This document shows positions 29,760 to 39,819 of a stretch of DNA of 64,000 nt, one piece after another. The notes under the pieces are model-generated. The model saw only the letters and a program-made list of their open reading frames with translations. It had not been told where the DNA came from and did no database searches. Both the position numbers and the translations under genes were made by a program. Numbering within the stretch: position 1 is the stretch's first letter; every line of letters starts with the position of its first letter. The DNA is from an uncultured Defluviitaleaceae bacterium (GTDB lineage: Bacteria > Bacillota > Clostridia > Lachnospirales > WRBF01). The stretch spans positions 15,180-79,179 of the forward strand of contig CAZHPA010000004.1 of NCBI GenBank assembly GCA_964533945.1, read 5' to 3'.

Positions 29760-32051
29760 TTAAATTTGGCTTTTTAGCTGCTCTATAGCATCATTAATCT
29801 CTTTTAATGTAATTGGCGGTTTGGCAAAGCTAACCAAGCTATGCAGCGGCATACTGCCTATCATATGTTTTATCATTTCCTTTGCGCTTGGTCCAATGGC
29901 ACTTTCATCGCCATCTGTTAAACTAATGCGTTGCGCAAGCTTATCTAATGGCGTTGTATCAATGCTTAAATAACCTATATTACTTAAATTCCAAATATCT
30001 TCGCAAGTTGTTGTATCTGAAAATTTAAAAGGTATTTTTTGAGTACTTAATACTTCAACAGAGGCGGCAACATGTAAATTTCTGCTTGAATTGCCAACTA
30101 AAATTTCAAAGTTTCCGCTTTCAACATACCAGTCATTTAATTGCTTTTCGTAATATGCAAAGCTTCGCTTATCCAATTTAAAAACAACTTCCTTTTGCTC
30201 GCCGGGCAAAAGATGCACTTTATCAAAGCCTTTTAATTCTTTTATAGGGCGTGGCTGCTTTAATTGCTTTTGGGGTGCAACGTATAATTGTACAACTTCG
30301 CTTCCTGCACGGCTTCCTATATTTTTTATTTTAACGGTTGCGGTAATTGTATCTGTGTCTTTAATTTTACTGGCCGAAAGTATTAAATCGGTAATTTCAA
30401 ATTCGGTATACGAAAGGCCAAACCCAAAAGGATACAATACAGGCATTTTACGTGCATCATAGTAGCGGTAACCAACATATATTCCTTCTGTGTAATCTAC
30501 GTTTTCGGCAGTTCCGGGGAAGTTAAGATAACATGGCGTGTCTTCAAGTTTTGCCGGAAACGTTTCTGCAAGCTTGCCGCTTGGATTTACATCTCCAAAC
30601 AAAATATTAATTGCTGCCTGTCCTACTGCTTGTCCGCCTAAATACAAATTAAGTATAGCTTTTACTTTGCCGCCCCAAGGCATAACGATGGGGCTTCCAA
30701 TATGAAGCACAACAACAGTATTTGGTTGAACTTCTACTACTGCTTCAATTAATTTATTTTGGCAATCAGGCAAGTTCATATGCGTGCGGTCGTAGCCTTC
30801 CGATTCAAAACTATTTGGCAGCCCTGCAAAAATAACGGCTACCTCAGCTTTTTTTGCTGCTTCAACTGCCTCATTAAATAACTTTGTATTTTCAATATCC
30901 CCTTCAACGCCAAATCCTTCACAATAAACAATATTTTCCATACCATATACTGCATCAAGCGCACTTGTTACCTTAAAGCTATTAACATAACTGCTTCCGC
31001 CGCCTTGGTAGCGAGGGCATTTTGCAAAACCCCCTATTAATGCTATTTTAGCATTTTTTTCAAGCGGTAGTATGCTGTCATTTTTCAAAAGAACGGCGCA
31101 TTGTTCTGCAACGTGTTGCGCTGTTAAATGGTGCTGTTCTTTATTGTATCCATCTTCTATGTTTTTTAGGTTTTCTTCCAAGTTTTCCAATGGCTTTTTA
31201 ATCCATTCAATTAGTTGTTTAACACAATTGTTAAGTATAGCTTCATCTAATGTGCCGTTTTTAACAGCTTCAACAATTAACTTGTCATTTTCGCCGTTTG
31301 AAGACGGCATTTCTAAATTAAGCCCTGCAATTAACGCTTTAGGGCGATTGTTCATAGCACCCCAATCTGTCATAACAATGCCGTTAAAACCCCATTCTTT
31401 GCGCAACACATCATTAAGAAGCCATTCATTCTCACACGAATACGTGCCATTTATGCGGTTGTAGCTGCACATAATAGTCCACGGGTTTGATTTTTTAACA
31501 GCTATTTCAAAGTTTGCAAGATAGATTTCACGCAACGTTCTTTCATCAACATTTGCACTAATACTCATGCGGTGGTATTCTTGATTGTTTGCCGCCAAAT
31601 GTTTAAGGCTTGTGCCAACTCCATTTTTTTGAACTGCATTAATATAACTTGCGGCAAGTTCTCCTGCAACATATGGGTCTTCGGACATATATTCAAAATT
31701 TCTGCCACAAAGCGGGCTACGTTTAATATTTATAGCAGGGCCAAGCAAAGTATGTACGCCTTCTGCTTTTGATTCTTCACTTAATGCTTCCCCAACTGTT
31801 TCTAAAAGTTTGCGGTCGAAGCTTGAAGCAAGTGCTGTTCCTGAAGGAAAGCAAACCGCTTTAATGCTCTCAACATTATTTTTTTCGTTTTCTCTTTGCA
31901 CACGCAATCCGTGCGGCCCATCGCTAACCATAACAGAAGGCAAACCAAGGCGTTCTATAGATTTAGTATGCCAAAAATCTTTACCGGAACATAGCGCAGC
32001 TTTTTCTTCAAGTGTCATATTTAACAATATTTCCTGAATATTTATTTGCAT
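29760..32051 (-). CDS. Glycoside hydrolase family 3 beta-glucosidase (BglX-like)
   Basis: MTLEEKAALCSG, SDGPHGLR and VMTDWGA (catalytic Asp region) motifs and a C-terminal Fn3-like domain. The start is uncertain (ATG 32051, ATG 32087 or TTG 32114). Confidence 0.9.
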   Translation of the reverse strand: MQINIQEILLNMTLEEKAALCSGKDFWHTKSIERLGLPSVMVSDGPHGLRVQRENEKNNVESIKAVCFPSGTALASSFDRKLLETVGEALSEESKAEGVHTLLGPAINIKRSPLCGRNFEYMSEDPYVAGELAASYINAVQKNGVGTSLKHLAANNQEYHRMSISANVDERTLREIYLANFEIAVKKSNPWTIMCSYNRINGTYSCENEWLLNDVLRKEWGFNGIVMTDWGAMNNRPKALIAGLNLEMPSSNGENDKLIVEAVKNGTLDEAILNNCVKQLIEWIKKPLENLEENLKNIEDGYNKEQHHLTAQHVAEQCAVLLKNDSILPLEKNAKIALIGGFAKCPRYQGGGSSYVNSFKVTSALDAVYGMENIVYCEGFGVEGDIENTKLFNEAVEAAKKAEVAVIFAGLPNSFESEGYDRTHMNLPDCQNKLIEAVVEVQPNTVVVLHIGSPIVMPWGGKVKAILNLYLGGQAVGQAAINILFGDVNPSGKLAETFPAKLEDTPCYLNFPGTAENVDYTEGIYVGYRYYDARKMPVLYPFGFGLSYTEFEITDLILSASKIKDTDTITATVKIKNIGSRAGSEVVQLYVAPQKQLKQPRPIKELKGFDKVHLLPGEQKEVVFKLDKRSFAYYEKQLNDWYVESGNFEILVGNSSRNLHVAASVEVLSTQKIPFKFSDTTTCEDIWNLSNIGYLSIDTTPLDKLAQRISLTDGDESAIGPSAKEMIKHMIGSMPLHSLVSFAKPPITLKEINDAIEQLKSQI

Positions 32052-32222
32052 TTTTACATTACACGCCTTTCCTTTTATTATTGCCATAATATCACATATT
32101 AAAGTGCAATACAATAATTTTTAAAATAAATTGACAAGTTGTTATCACCAAAATACAAGCTATACATATTATATAACTAGGGGAGCAAACAAGCGTATTA
32201 CAACAAAATAGGAGGTAAAAAC

Positions 32223-33095
32223 ATGAGTGCTTTTGAATTAAAAAACAACTGCGGCGACAAAGTTGCAGCAGAAACTAATAATTTAAGACCAGATAGATTA
32301 AGACAAGAATGTATTATAGCGCTTAAAGTTTACGATAGCTGTAGACAACAAGACTGTTTAACAGGCGCTGAAATTGGACCTGCAAGAGCTGCAGAAAACG
32401 TTTGTATTGGCGATGAACACATTAGAGAAGGCGACGTTATTGATCCACCATCAAATGCGGCAGCAGTTACAATAGACAGATTAAGAGTTAAAAAAATAAT
32501 TATAGTTAATAAAGAACCAAACGATTTTAAAAAGGGATTTTGGGATATTGACCTAAAATACGTTTTTGAATATCGCTTAACTTTCAGAGAAGCAGATGGA
32601 GCAACAATTGGTTCAGTTAGAGCTAACAGCATTTTCAATAAGAGAGTTACACTTTTTGGCTCGCTTGGCTCAGACCTTGTTATTTCAACAGACTTATTCC
32701 ATCAACATTGCGGTTCTTCCCATACACTTGATGCAGACCCATTCATTTTGGTTGAAGCAAAAGCAGTTGCATTAGCAGCAGAACTTCGTTACCAAAGACG
32801 CAGAAATTGCGGTGATGAAGATTTTGCGCCTGAACCAAATGAAGTTTTAGTAACAATTGGTTTATTTACTATAATTAAGTTGTACAGAATAGTTAATCTT
32901 TTAGTTGAATCAAGAGGTTTCTGTATTCCTGAAGAATGCGACGAAGTTTCGCCGCTTAACCCATGTGAATTCTTTGATAGCTTAGACTTCCCAATGGATA
33001 TTTTTGCACCACCTCAAAGACCTGAATTTTTAGCAGGCATAAGTGGAGATATTCCACGCCATACAAGAAGAGGCGGCTGCGGCTGCAACGACTAA
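32223..33095 (+). CDS. Hypothetical cysteine-containing protein (orphan, monocistronic)
   Basis: Strong SD AGGAGG 8 nt upstream. It is flanked by its own promoter region and a strong terminator. No motif recognised; the C-terminus ends RRGGCGCND. Confidence 0.6.
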   Translation: MSAFELKNNCGDKVAAETNNLRPDRLRQECIIALKVYDSCRQQDCLTGAEIGPARAAENVCIGDEHIREGDVIDPPSNAAAVTIDRLRVKKIIIVNKEPNDFKKGFWDIDLKYVFEYRLTFREADGATIGSVRANSIFNKRVTLFGSLGSDLVISTDLFHQHCGSSHTLDADPFILVEAKAVALAAELRYQRRRNCGDEDFAPEPNEVLVTIGLFTIIKLYRIVNLLVESRGFCIPEECDEVSPLNPCEFFDSLDFPMDIFAPPQRPEFLAGISGDIPRHTRRGGCGCND

Positions 33096-33117
33096 ACCAC
33101 AAAACCTTCGCATTACA

Positions 33118-33150
33118 AAACCGTGGGAAACTCCCACGGTTTATTTTTTT
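33118..33150. terminator. Strong bidirectional intrinsic terminator
   Basis: AAACCGTGGGA-AAC-TCCCACGGTTT 11-bp stem followed by a T-run. It lies between convergent genes. Confidence 0.8.
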
Positions 33151-33158
33151 ATTATTTG

Positions 33159-36100
33159 TTATTCGTTTAAGTTAATATCCCAATTTGCAAGATATTGCAA
33201 TATTTTAACAACGTCTTTGGTGTCAACTCTGTCGTCGTGGGTAACGTTTGCAGCTTTTAATTGGTTTTCTGTAAGTTTTGCACTGCTCCAGTTTGTAAGG
33301 TATTGCATAAGTAAAACCAAATCTGCACTATCAATAATTCCATCGCTGTTAACGTCGCCGTATTTAATAGTGTTTGTAGGTATTATTTCAATAGTTTTTA
33401 TAAGGCTTGAAAAAACATATAAATCATTTAAGTCTTTGTCGGTAGCTTGAGCATCACTAAATAATAAAGCAGTCATTTCACTCTGAGAAATGTTTGAATT
33501 TGTTTTAAATATAATAGAAACAATATTATTGTTATCTAAAGCAACATTTTCTAAATTAGCCCAAACGAATGAAACAAAATCAAGGGAATCTAAATTATTT
33601 CCGCTTCCTTTATCCATATTTGAGGTTAATTTACCGCCTTCTTCTGCAAAAATTCCCAAGCCTTCATATGAAACAGGTGTAAGTTTTGTTTTATCGAAGT
33701 TAATTTTAAATTTTGCTCCTGAAATTGGGGGTTTGCCTTGCAATTTAATATTTACAATTACTTCAGACCCCGCTTCAACTGTTTCTTTATTTGTTTCTGC
33801 TACTAAACCTGCAATGCCTTTAAAAACTTCAACTGTTACAACATTGCTTTTAATAGTTCCATTTACAACGCAATAAAAATAATAAGTTCCTTCTTGTTCT
33901 GCGTTAAATGTGTATGAATTTTTTGTTGCACTTTCAATTTTAGTTCCACCTGTTGTGCTGCTTGTTGTGTTTGAATACCATTCATAAGTTGGGTTTTCAA
34001 TATTTGCCGTCCCTACACTTAGCCATACTTTTTCCCCAACTTCCCCAATTCGTAACTCTGGCAAAATTAATGCTATAGGTTGCGAATCATTATCAACTAC
34101 TAAAGTTATAACATTACTTTTAATGCCATTAGCTGTGCAGTAAAATTCATAGGTTCCCGGCAATAACGGTTCTGGCATTTTCAAAGGTTCTAATGTTAAC
34201 GTTGGTTTTGTTTGGTCAAAAATAATATAATCATTTCTAGTTTTGTCATTAAGATACCACTTATAATCGTAAGTACCATTACCTCCTGTTGCGATAGCAG
34301 CAAGCGTTGCAGTTTCGTCAAGCTTAATTGTTTGCGCTGATGAAGTTATAATTGCCAAAACAGGTTCACTTGAAACATTAACAAAAAATGATTTGCCAAA
34401 CACTCCTACTCCGTTGTCACCTGAAACTAAATAACTATATTCAAATGCTCCTGAATTATCAGCCGTGAAAGTATATGTGTTTGCGGTTGCTCCGCCAATA
34501 GGCAATCCTTTTAAAAGCCATTGATATCTTGGGTTTTCAATGCCATTAGCAACTGCTTTAAGCGTTACTGTTTCTCCTAATTCTATTCTGCCATTGTTTT
34601 CTAAATCATCAGAAGCAATATCAAGTTCACTAAAGGTAATAGGATATTCTATAAAGTTTAACTTTATTTTTTCGCCATTTTCATTTGAAGCTTGTGTTTC
34701 TTCCTTTATAAATGAAACCGGAATTTGTGTTACTTCTTCAATATTTTTATTTAACACAAATTGAACCCAAACAAATTCTTTACGGTTGGCAATATCGTAT
34801 GGGTTTCTCCAATTAAATGTTATAGAATTAGCCTCGCTTATGTTAAAGTCTGGTTCGTCCATGCTTGATGAAATGCTATCTTCTTGTTGTTCCGATATTC
34901 TAGGAATTCCGTATGAAATAGGCGTCATTAAGTTGTTATCAAACTCAAGCTTAATTTTAGCATTACTAATACCCGGGTTGTCAAACAATGTAGAAATTTG
35001 AACAAATACTCTTTTCGTGCCAAGCTTAACAGCTCCGCTTGTTAATCTAAGAGTCGCTTCCAAGCCCGAATCAGGTTCAGAACTAATTTCCCCATCTATT
35101 AAATTACTAATAACTTTAACGGTTATTTTCTTTCCAATATCAGCAGATGTTACGTAATATGTGTTTAAGCTTGTTTCAATACCAATAGGTTCGCCGTTTC
35201 TATACCATTGATATTTTAAGCTGCTTGCATTTACGTTAACCCCTGAAACTACCGCTGTTAATTTATTTCCTATTACTTGCTCGCCTGTAATAGCAACAGT
35301 TCCTGTTAATTTATCACCTGTTACAGCTTCTGGAGAAGTTATTCTAACTTCGGCAGCAGAAGCAAAAATTTTGCCTGTTTGGTCACTAACTGCATCTTTA
35401 ACAACCAAACGTACTTTAGTTGCATTTTCTATAACGTTAAAGCTAGCTATCTTCCATTCGCTTGTTGTAGTCCATGTTCCCTCTGCAACTTTAGCAGAAG
35501 CGCTTGTTTCTGTTGTAACCCAAATTTCGTATTGCTTAATTATTCCGTTAACTCCTCCGCCGGAGCGTGGTAATACTCTAATTCCGTCAATTTTTTTAAC
35601 ACCGCCCAAGTCAATTTCAAGCCAGTGATTTTCTCTTGGTTCTGTTCCTGCCCAAAGCGTATGCCAAATTGTTCCGGTGTTACCATCTAAAACATATTCT
35701 GCAGCGCCTTCCCCAACAACTCCGGGTTGAGCACTTCCTGTTGTTGCTGTCATGCCGCTTGTTGGCAAGTCTTTTGCAGCAGAATCGTCAGCGTTAACAA
35801 CTTTGTTTAACATAAAGTTTTCAACAACATTGTCTCCTAGTTGTTTTAAATCAAGGTTTGATTTTTGGGCTGTAAATTCTTTGCGTCCTCTTGCCCAAGC
35901 CCATTCAAATTCAAACCATTCGTCTGTAGTTATGTTTGGAATTGCTGTAGTGCTTGTAATTTGTTGTCTGCTTCTTCCTATCCATTCTTCCCAACGTGCC
36001 TTGTAGAAGTCGCTTGTTAAGCCTGCCCATTGGCGGTTTGAATAATCTGTTAATCCGCCTGAAATAGCTTGCGGATAGCCGCCCCATGTTGTTATTAAAG

Positions 36101-39100
36101 CTTTTGCATTTAATTCATAAATCTTCTTCGTAAAGTCGTCGGCGTTAGCTGCCATTGCTTTTGCGTTTTCAGTCCATGTTCCTAATAAAAATGAAGTTTG
36201 AGTGCTTAAAATTTTATCAACTTCATCAATAATTGCTAAAAATTTAGCTGAAAGTTCATTAAATCTTTCAATGTCTTTAGCATCTTTTGCAGCCGACATT
36301 TCTTCTTGAACGTTTTGTGCTGTATTTGAAAGAACTTGTTTCAAAATATCTGCAACGTCATAAAGGTATGCAGGGCTGTCTTTTAATTTATCATAGTCTT
36401 TTAAAAGAAGTATTGCAGCTTGTTCTAAATGTTCTTTATCATAGCTTACAACAGAGTTGCCCCATGTTGAAGCAGCGCCTATTCTTCCTGAACGAGGTCT
36501 TGCGTTAATAACAGATTCGGGCGCACCTTGTCCTAAATTGTTAAGTTCTGGTTTGTATACGGTGTCGTTTAAAATTAACATAGCTCTATAAGCGCTGTCG
36601 CTATATTCGCCATATCTGCGTTCTGTATATTTAGCAAACCATTCTGTTAAGTTAATTGGTTGCAAATTGTCTGGGGTTTCTGTCCAAATTGTTTCAAAGA
36701 ACAAATCGTATAAAACAGGGTTGTTAACAGAAGCTTCAGGAGTTATTCCAATTCCTCTAAACCAATTAGCATTATTTGCAGCATATGGTATTCTGTTTAT
36801 GAAATTTTCAATATGCCCATGCAAGCCAACACGTCCGCCAAAGTTATTAAGCATACAATATACCCAAGGTGTTGATTGAAATTCTTGGCGTTTTGAATAT
36901 TCTTCGGATTTTTCAGCGTATAAGTCAAGAACAAGTGCATTTTCCTTGTAAGGTGCAATACCATTTAATAAACCGCTACTTGGGTTTCCTCCCCATGCTT
37001 GAATTATCCAAACGCCGTCAGGGTCTGCTTTAAGCATTTCTTCCATAACTATTCTTCCGATAGTTGCTGTAGACATTCCGCCTGTTGCTCCACCTTCATG
37101 GAATGGGTCTGTTGCATAATAGTTAGTTACATCGCCGTAAACGTCTTTTTGGTGTTTATAAAATTTTTCTGCAAAATCTACAAAACTTTGTGTATCTGTT
37201 TTTAGCATGTCTGGTCTTTTACTTCCAACCCAATAAGGTTGAACAATTACTTCTGCTGAAGGAACTTTGTTTTTAATATCAACAGGAACCATACCGCTGT
37301 ATGCTTGAAGAACAGGTTGCATACCCAATTTTCTCATAACAAGTTGATTTTTGCGTGCTAATTCTGTTCTTTCTGTAAACCATGTGTCATGAACAGGCCC
37401 ACCAAGCCCAAAAAGGTTTGCCATATATGCCCAAGCATAATATGCCGGCCCTGCTATAAAGTTTTTAGCTTCTTTGTGGGTGTAGCCTAAGTCTGTTAAA
37501 AATCTTCTCCAAACTTCCTCTTGACCTGTTAAATCTAAAATAACGTTAACGCCATTTAGTGCAAGCCAGTCAAGCTCGTTTCTCCACTCATCCTCTCCCC
37601 AAAAAGCCATTGAATAGGAAAGCGTGCAGTAGTTGTATGAATATCTAATTTTATATTTTGTTTCTCTCCTGTAAGGAGTGTTTCCAATTCTAACTATATT
37701 TTGCGGCATTTCTACTTGATTTTCAACTTGAGAAATATGTACGTTGCAGAAATATTTATAATAATGATTTAGCCCTGTTGCCAAAGAAACACCATTGTTT
37801 CCTGTTATTTTAATTTTTCCGTTTGAATCCGAAAGTTCAAAATAGTCATATGCTGTGTTAACTGCATTAGGAGCTATAACAAAATCGAACCAATCCACAT
37901 ATTCAGCACCAACTGTTCTTGTAACAATGCCTTTTAATTCGTTTACTGTGTCTTGTTCTGTTATTTCAACATCATATACGCTTCCTTCAAAATCAGGAAC
38001 GGTAACATCAGGAATTTGTACAAGTGGAACACTGCTTTCTGTTCCAATAACACGAACTTCATTTAAAACTGCAGCAGAACTTGTTGAATTATATTCCATA
38101 TAAACACGAACAAAACGTGCTGTTGCATTTTCAAAATAAGATTCGCCGTCTGCTGTTGCTTTTTCTTTTGAAGTTTTTGTTGCAAATTCGCTATAATCTT
38201 TGCCGTCTAGGCTTGTAAATATTGAATATTGGGAATAACCTGTTATTGGTGTGTATATTTGAATTTCTGTAATGTCATAATTTTTTTCTAAGTCAATGTC
38301 TATATATGCAGGGTATTGTCCGCCTGTCCAGCCGGAAGTTTTAACGCCGTTAACTGCTCTATGTGCATTTTCCATATTTGAGTTTGAAAAAACAGGCTTT
38401 TTAAATGCAATGTTATCGCCGTCACCTTCAACCTCTTGCTGTGTTGCCATAATTTTAAGCTCTGCCATAGAAGGCCAAATGCTTTGGTTGCCGTCTGTTC
38501 TGGACATTTTTGTAAAGTTAATTCTAACTGTTTCAATTTCTTCAAGCGGTTCAAAGTTATATTCAACAGCAACTTTATCTCTGCGGTCGCCCGTTGTTTG
38601 GCTAACAAGTGTTCTAAATTCAGTTTCACCTTTTGCTTTGCCTAAAATATCGTAAGTGTATACTATGCCGTAATTTTCTGCCGCTCCTTCTTTTTCAAAA
38701 GCAACTTCTATTGATTTAACTTTTTTGTTATCTTTAAATGACAAATCAACATATAAAGGTGTTTCTGGAGTTATGCTATTAATGGCTAACCCGTCCCAAT
38801 CTCCATCTCCTAACATTTTGTAAAGACTTGGGTTTGTGCCGTATATTCCATCGCTTAAAAAGTTAACGCCAGATTGCCCTTTTGCAGCATTTGTTGAAAC
38901 TTCTGCAAGTGGTGTTATGTTTTCGTATTTATAGTCTATTTCTTCTTTTTCTTCAACCCAAATTTCAACTTCTGCTATTGCAGGCCAAAACGCTCCAGTA
39001 CTTCCGTTGTTTTTAGGGTTTGATAAAACTATTTCAAAATCTGAAACTGTAACTAATTCTGTAAATTCGTAAACATAAGGCTCTGTGAATTTTTGGTCTG

Positions 39101-39641
39101 TTTTTTGATTATCAACAATTCTAAGGTCTGTAACGTTATTAACAGCATGTGAAAGTTTAACGTCAACAGTCCAGTCGGGTTTATTTTGTTCAAATTTTAA
39201 AACAACTTTTTTAATAGGTGTATTCATATAATGCTCAACGGGCATTCCAAAAATAATTGTTCCGGGAAAGCCGCCGTCTTGAATCCACAACGTAGTTTCG
39301 TCACCGTCAACCATATTTCCTTTAGAACCTTGCCCGCTTGAAACTGTTATGTCGCAATCCGCAGCTATGTTAATTAATTTTTTTTCTGCATATGTAGTTG
39401 GTGCATTTTGAAGCAATTGCTGTTCAAATTCAATAATTTGGTCTATAACTTGTTCATTGTCAATGTTGTTTGCAAGCTGTTCGAGTTGTTCTGGTGTTGA
39501 TACTGTTATTGTTTCAATTTCTTCTTCTGCTTCTGTTTGCACTTCTATGTTTTCATCTGCAAAAGCCATTAAAGTAGGAAAAACTTGAAATGCCATAGAC
39601 ATACATAAAACTAAACATATAATTGATTTAAGTTTTTTCAT
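33159..39641 (-). CDS. Secreted multimodular GH89 alpha-N-acetylglucosaminidase with F5/8 type C (CBM32-like) domains, Ig-like repeats, two cohesin-like modules and a C-terminal type-I-like dockerin
   Basis: Signal peptide MKKLKSIICLVLCMSMAFQVFPTLMAFA. NAGLU-type core (NYCTLSYSMAFWGEDEWRNELDWLALNGVNVILDLTGQEEVW). Discoidin-like segments flank the core. Four Ig-like repeats have a YxWY pattern. Cohesin-like blocks are AKIKLEFDNNLMTPISYG and AKFKINFDKTKLTPVSYEG. The dockerin is a duplicated Ca-binding segment, GDVNSDGIIDSADLVLLMQYL ... VTHDDRVDTKDVVKILQYL. Confidence 0.85.
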   Translation of the reverse strand: MKKLKSIICLVLCMSMAFQVFPTLMAFADENIEVQTEAEEEIETITVSTPEQLEQLANNIDNEQVIDQIIEFEQQLLQNAPTTYAEKKLINIAADCDITVSSGQGSKGNMVDGDETTLWIQDGGFPGTIIFGMPVEHYMNTPIKKVVLKFEQNKPDWTVDVKLSHAVNNVTDLRIVDNQKTDQKFTEPYVYEFTELVTVSDFEIVLSNPKNNGSTGAFWPAIAEVEIWVEEKEEIDYKYENITPLAEVSTNAAKGQSGVNFLSDGIYGTNPSLYKMLGDGDWDGLAINSITPETPLYVDLSFKDNKKVKSIEVAFEKEGAAENYGIVYTYDILGKAKGETEFRTLVSQTTGDRRDKVAVEYNFEPLEEIETVRINFTKMSRTDGNQSIWPSMAELKIMATQQEVEGDGDNIAFKKPVFSNSNMENAHRAVNGVKTSGWTGGQYPAYIDIDLEKNYDITEIQIYTPITGYSQYSIFTSLDGKDYSEFATKTSKEKATADGESYFENATARFVRVYMEYNSTSSAAVLNEVRVIGTESSVPLVQIPDVTVPDFEGSVYDVEITEQDTVNELKGIVTRTVGAEYVDWFDFVIAPNAVNTAYDYFELSDSNGKIKITGNNGVSLATGLNHYYKYFCNVHISQVENQVEMPQNIVRIGNTPYRRETKYKIRYSYNYCTLSYSMAFWGEDEWRNELDWLALNGVNVILDLTGQEEVWRRFLTDLGYTHKEAKNFIAGPAYYAWAYMANLFGLGGPVHDTWFTERTELARKNQLVMRKLGMQPVLQAYSGMVPVDIKNKVPSAEVIVQPYWVGSKRPDMLKTDTQSFVDFAEKFYKHQKDVYGDVTNYYATDPFHEGGATGGMSTATIGRIVMEEMLKADPDGVWIIQAWGGNPSSGLLNGIAPYKENALVLDLYAEKSEEYSKRQEFQSTPWVYCMLNNFGGRVGLHGHIENFINRIPYAANNANWFRGIGITPEASVNNPVLYDLFFETIWTETPDNLQPINLTEWFAKYTERRYGEYSDSAYRAMLILNDTVYKPELNNLGQGAPESVINARPRSGRIGAASTWGNSVVSYDKEHLEQAAILLLKDYDKLKDSPAYLYDVADILKQVLSNTAQNVQEEMSAAKDAKDIERFNELSAKFLAIIDEVDKILSTQTSFLLGTWTENAKAMAANADDFTKKIYELNAKALITTWGGYPQAISGGLTDYSNRQWAGLTSDFYKARWEEWIGRSRQQITSTTAIPNITTDEWFEFEWAWARGRKEFTAQKSNLDLKQLGDNVVENFMLNKVVNADDSAAKDLPTSGMTATTGSAQPGVVGEGAAEYVLDGNTGTIWHTLWAGTEPRENHWLEIDLGGVKKIDGIRVLPRSGGGVNGIIKQYEIWVTTETSASAKVAEGTWTTTSEWKIASFNVIENATKVRLVVKDAVSDQTGKIFASAAEVRITSPEAVTGDKLTGTVAITGEQVIGNKLTAVVSGVNVNASSLKYQWYRNGEPIGIETSLNTYYVTSADIGKKITVKVISNLIDGEISSEPDSGLEATLRLTSGAVKLGTKRVFVQISTLFDNPGISNAKIKLEFDNNLMTPISYGIPRISEQQEDSISSSMDEPDFNISEANSITFNWRNPYDIANRKEFVWVQFVLNKNIEEVTQIPVSFIKEETQASNENGEKIKLNFIEYPITFSELDIASDDLENNGRIELGETVTLKAVANGIENPRYQWLLKGLPIGGATANTYTFTADNSGAFEYSYLVSGDNGVGVFGKSFFVNVSSEPVLAIITSSAQTIKLDETATLAAIATGGNGTYDYKWYLNDKTRNDYIIFDQTKPTLTLEPLKMPEPLLPGTYEFYCTANGIKSNVITLVVDNDSQPIALILPELRIGEVGEKVWLSVGTANIENPTYEWYSNTTSSTTGGTKIESATKNSYTFNAEQEGTYYFYCVVNGTIKSNVVTVEVFKGIAGLVAETNKETVEAGSEVIVNIKLQGKPPISGAKFKINFDKTKLTPVSYEGLGIFAEEGGKLTSNMDKGSGNNLDSLDFVSFVWANLENVALDNNNIVSIIFKTNSNISQSEMTALLFSDAQATDKDLNDLYVFSSLIKTIEIIPTNTIKYGDVNSDGIIDSADLVLLMQYLTNWSSAKLTENQLKAANVTHDDRVDTKDVVKILQYLANWDINLNE

Positions 39642-39732
39642 TTTATATTCTCCTTTTAAAATATTTTGAACCTACTTTAAATTGCCTCCTCTCTTAAATA
39701 ATTTTGGTTAACTTTAATTAATTTTTGGTTAA

Positions 39733-39761
39733 ATTATAGCAATTATTTACTGTTGTGTCAA
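39733..39761 (-). promoter_or_regulatory. Consensus sigma-A promoter for the GH89 gene
   Basis: The minus strand reads TTGACA-caacagtaaataattgc-TATAAT (17-nt spacer), about 90 nt upstream of the ATG. Confidence 0.65.
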
Positions 39762-39780
39762 ATAAAATAAGAAAACTAAA

Positions 39781-39806
39781 CAAAAAAGGAACGGCTTTCG
39801 TTCCTT
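39781..39806 (-). terminator. Intrinsic terminator after the 441-aa gene
   Basis: The minus strand reads AAGGAACG-AAAGC-CGTTCCTT followed by TTTTTT. Confidence 0.75.
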
Positions 39807-39819
39807 AATTTATTAATAT

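Noticed and set aside
33043-33450. 135-aa plus-strand ORF
   Set aside because: It overlaps the end of the 290-aa gene, reads through a strong terminator hairpin, and is antisense to the dockerin of the GH89 gene.
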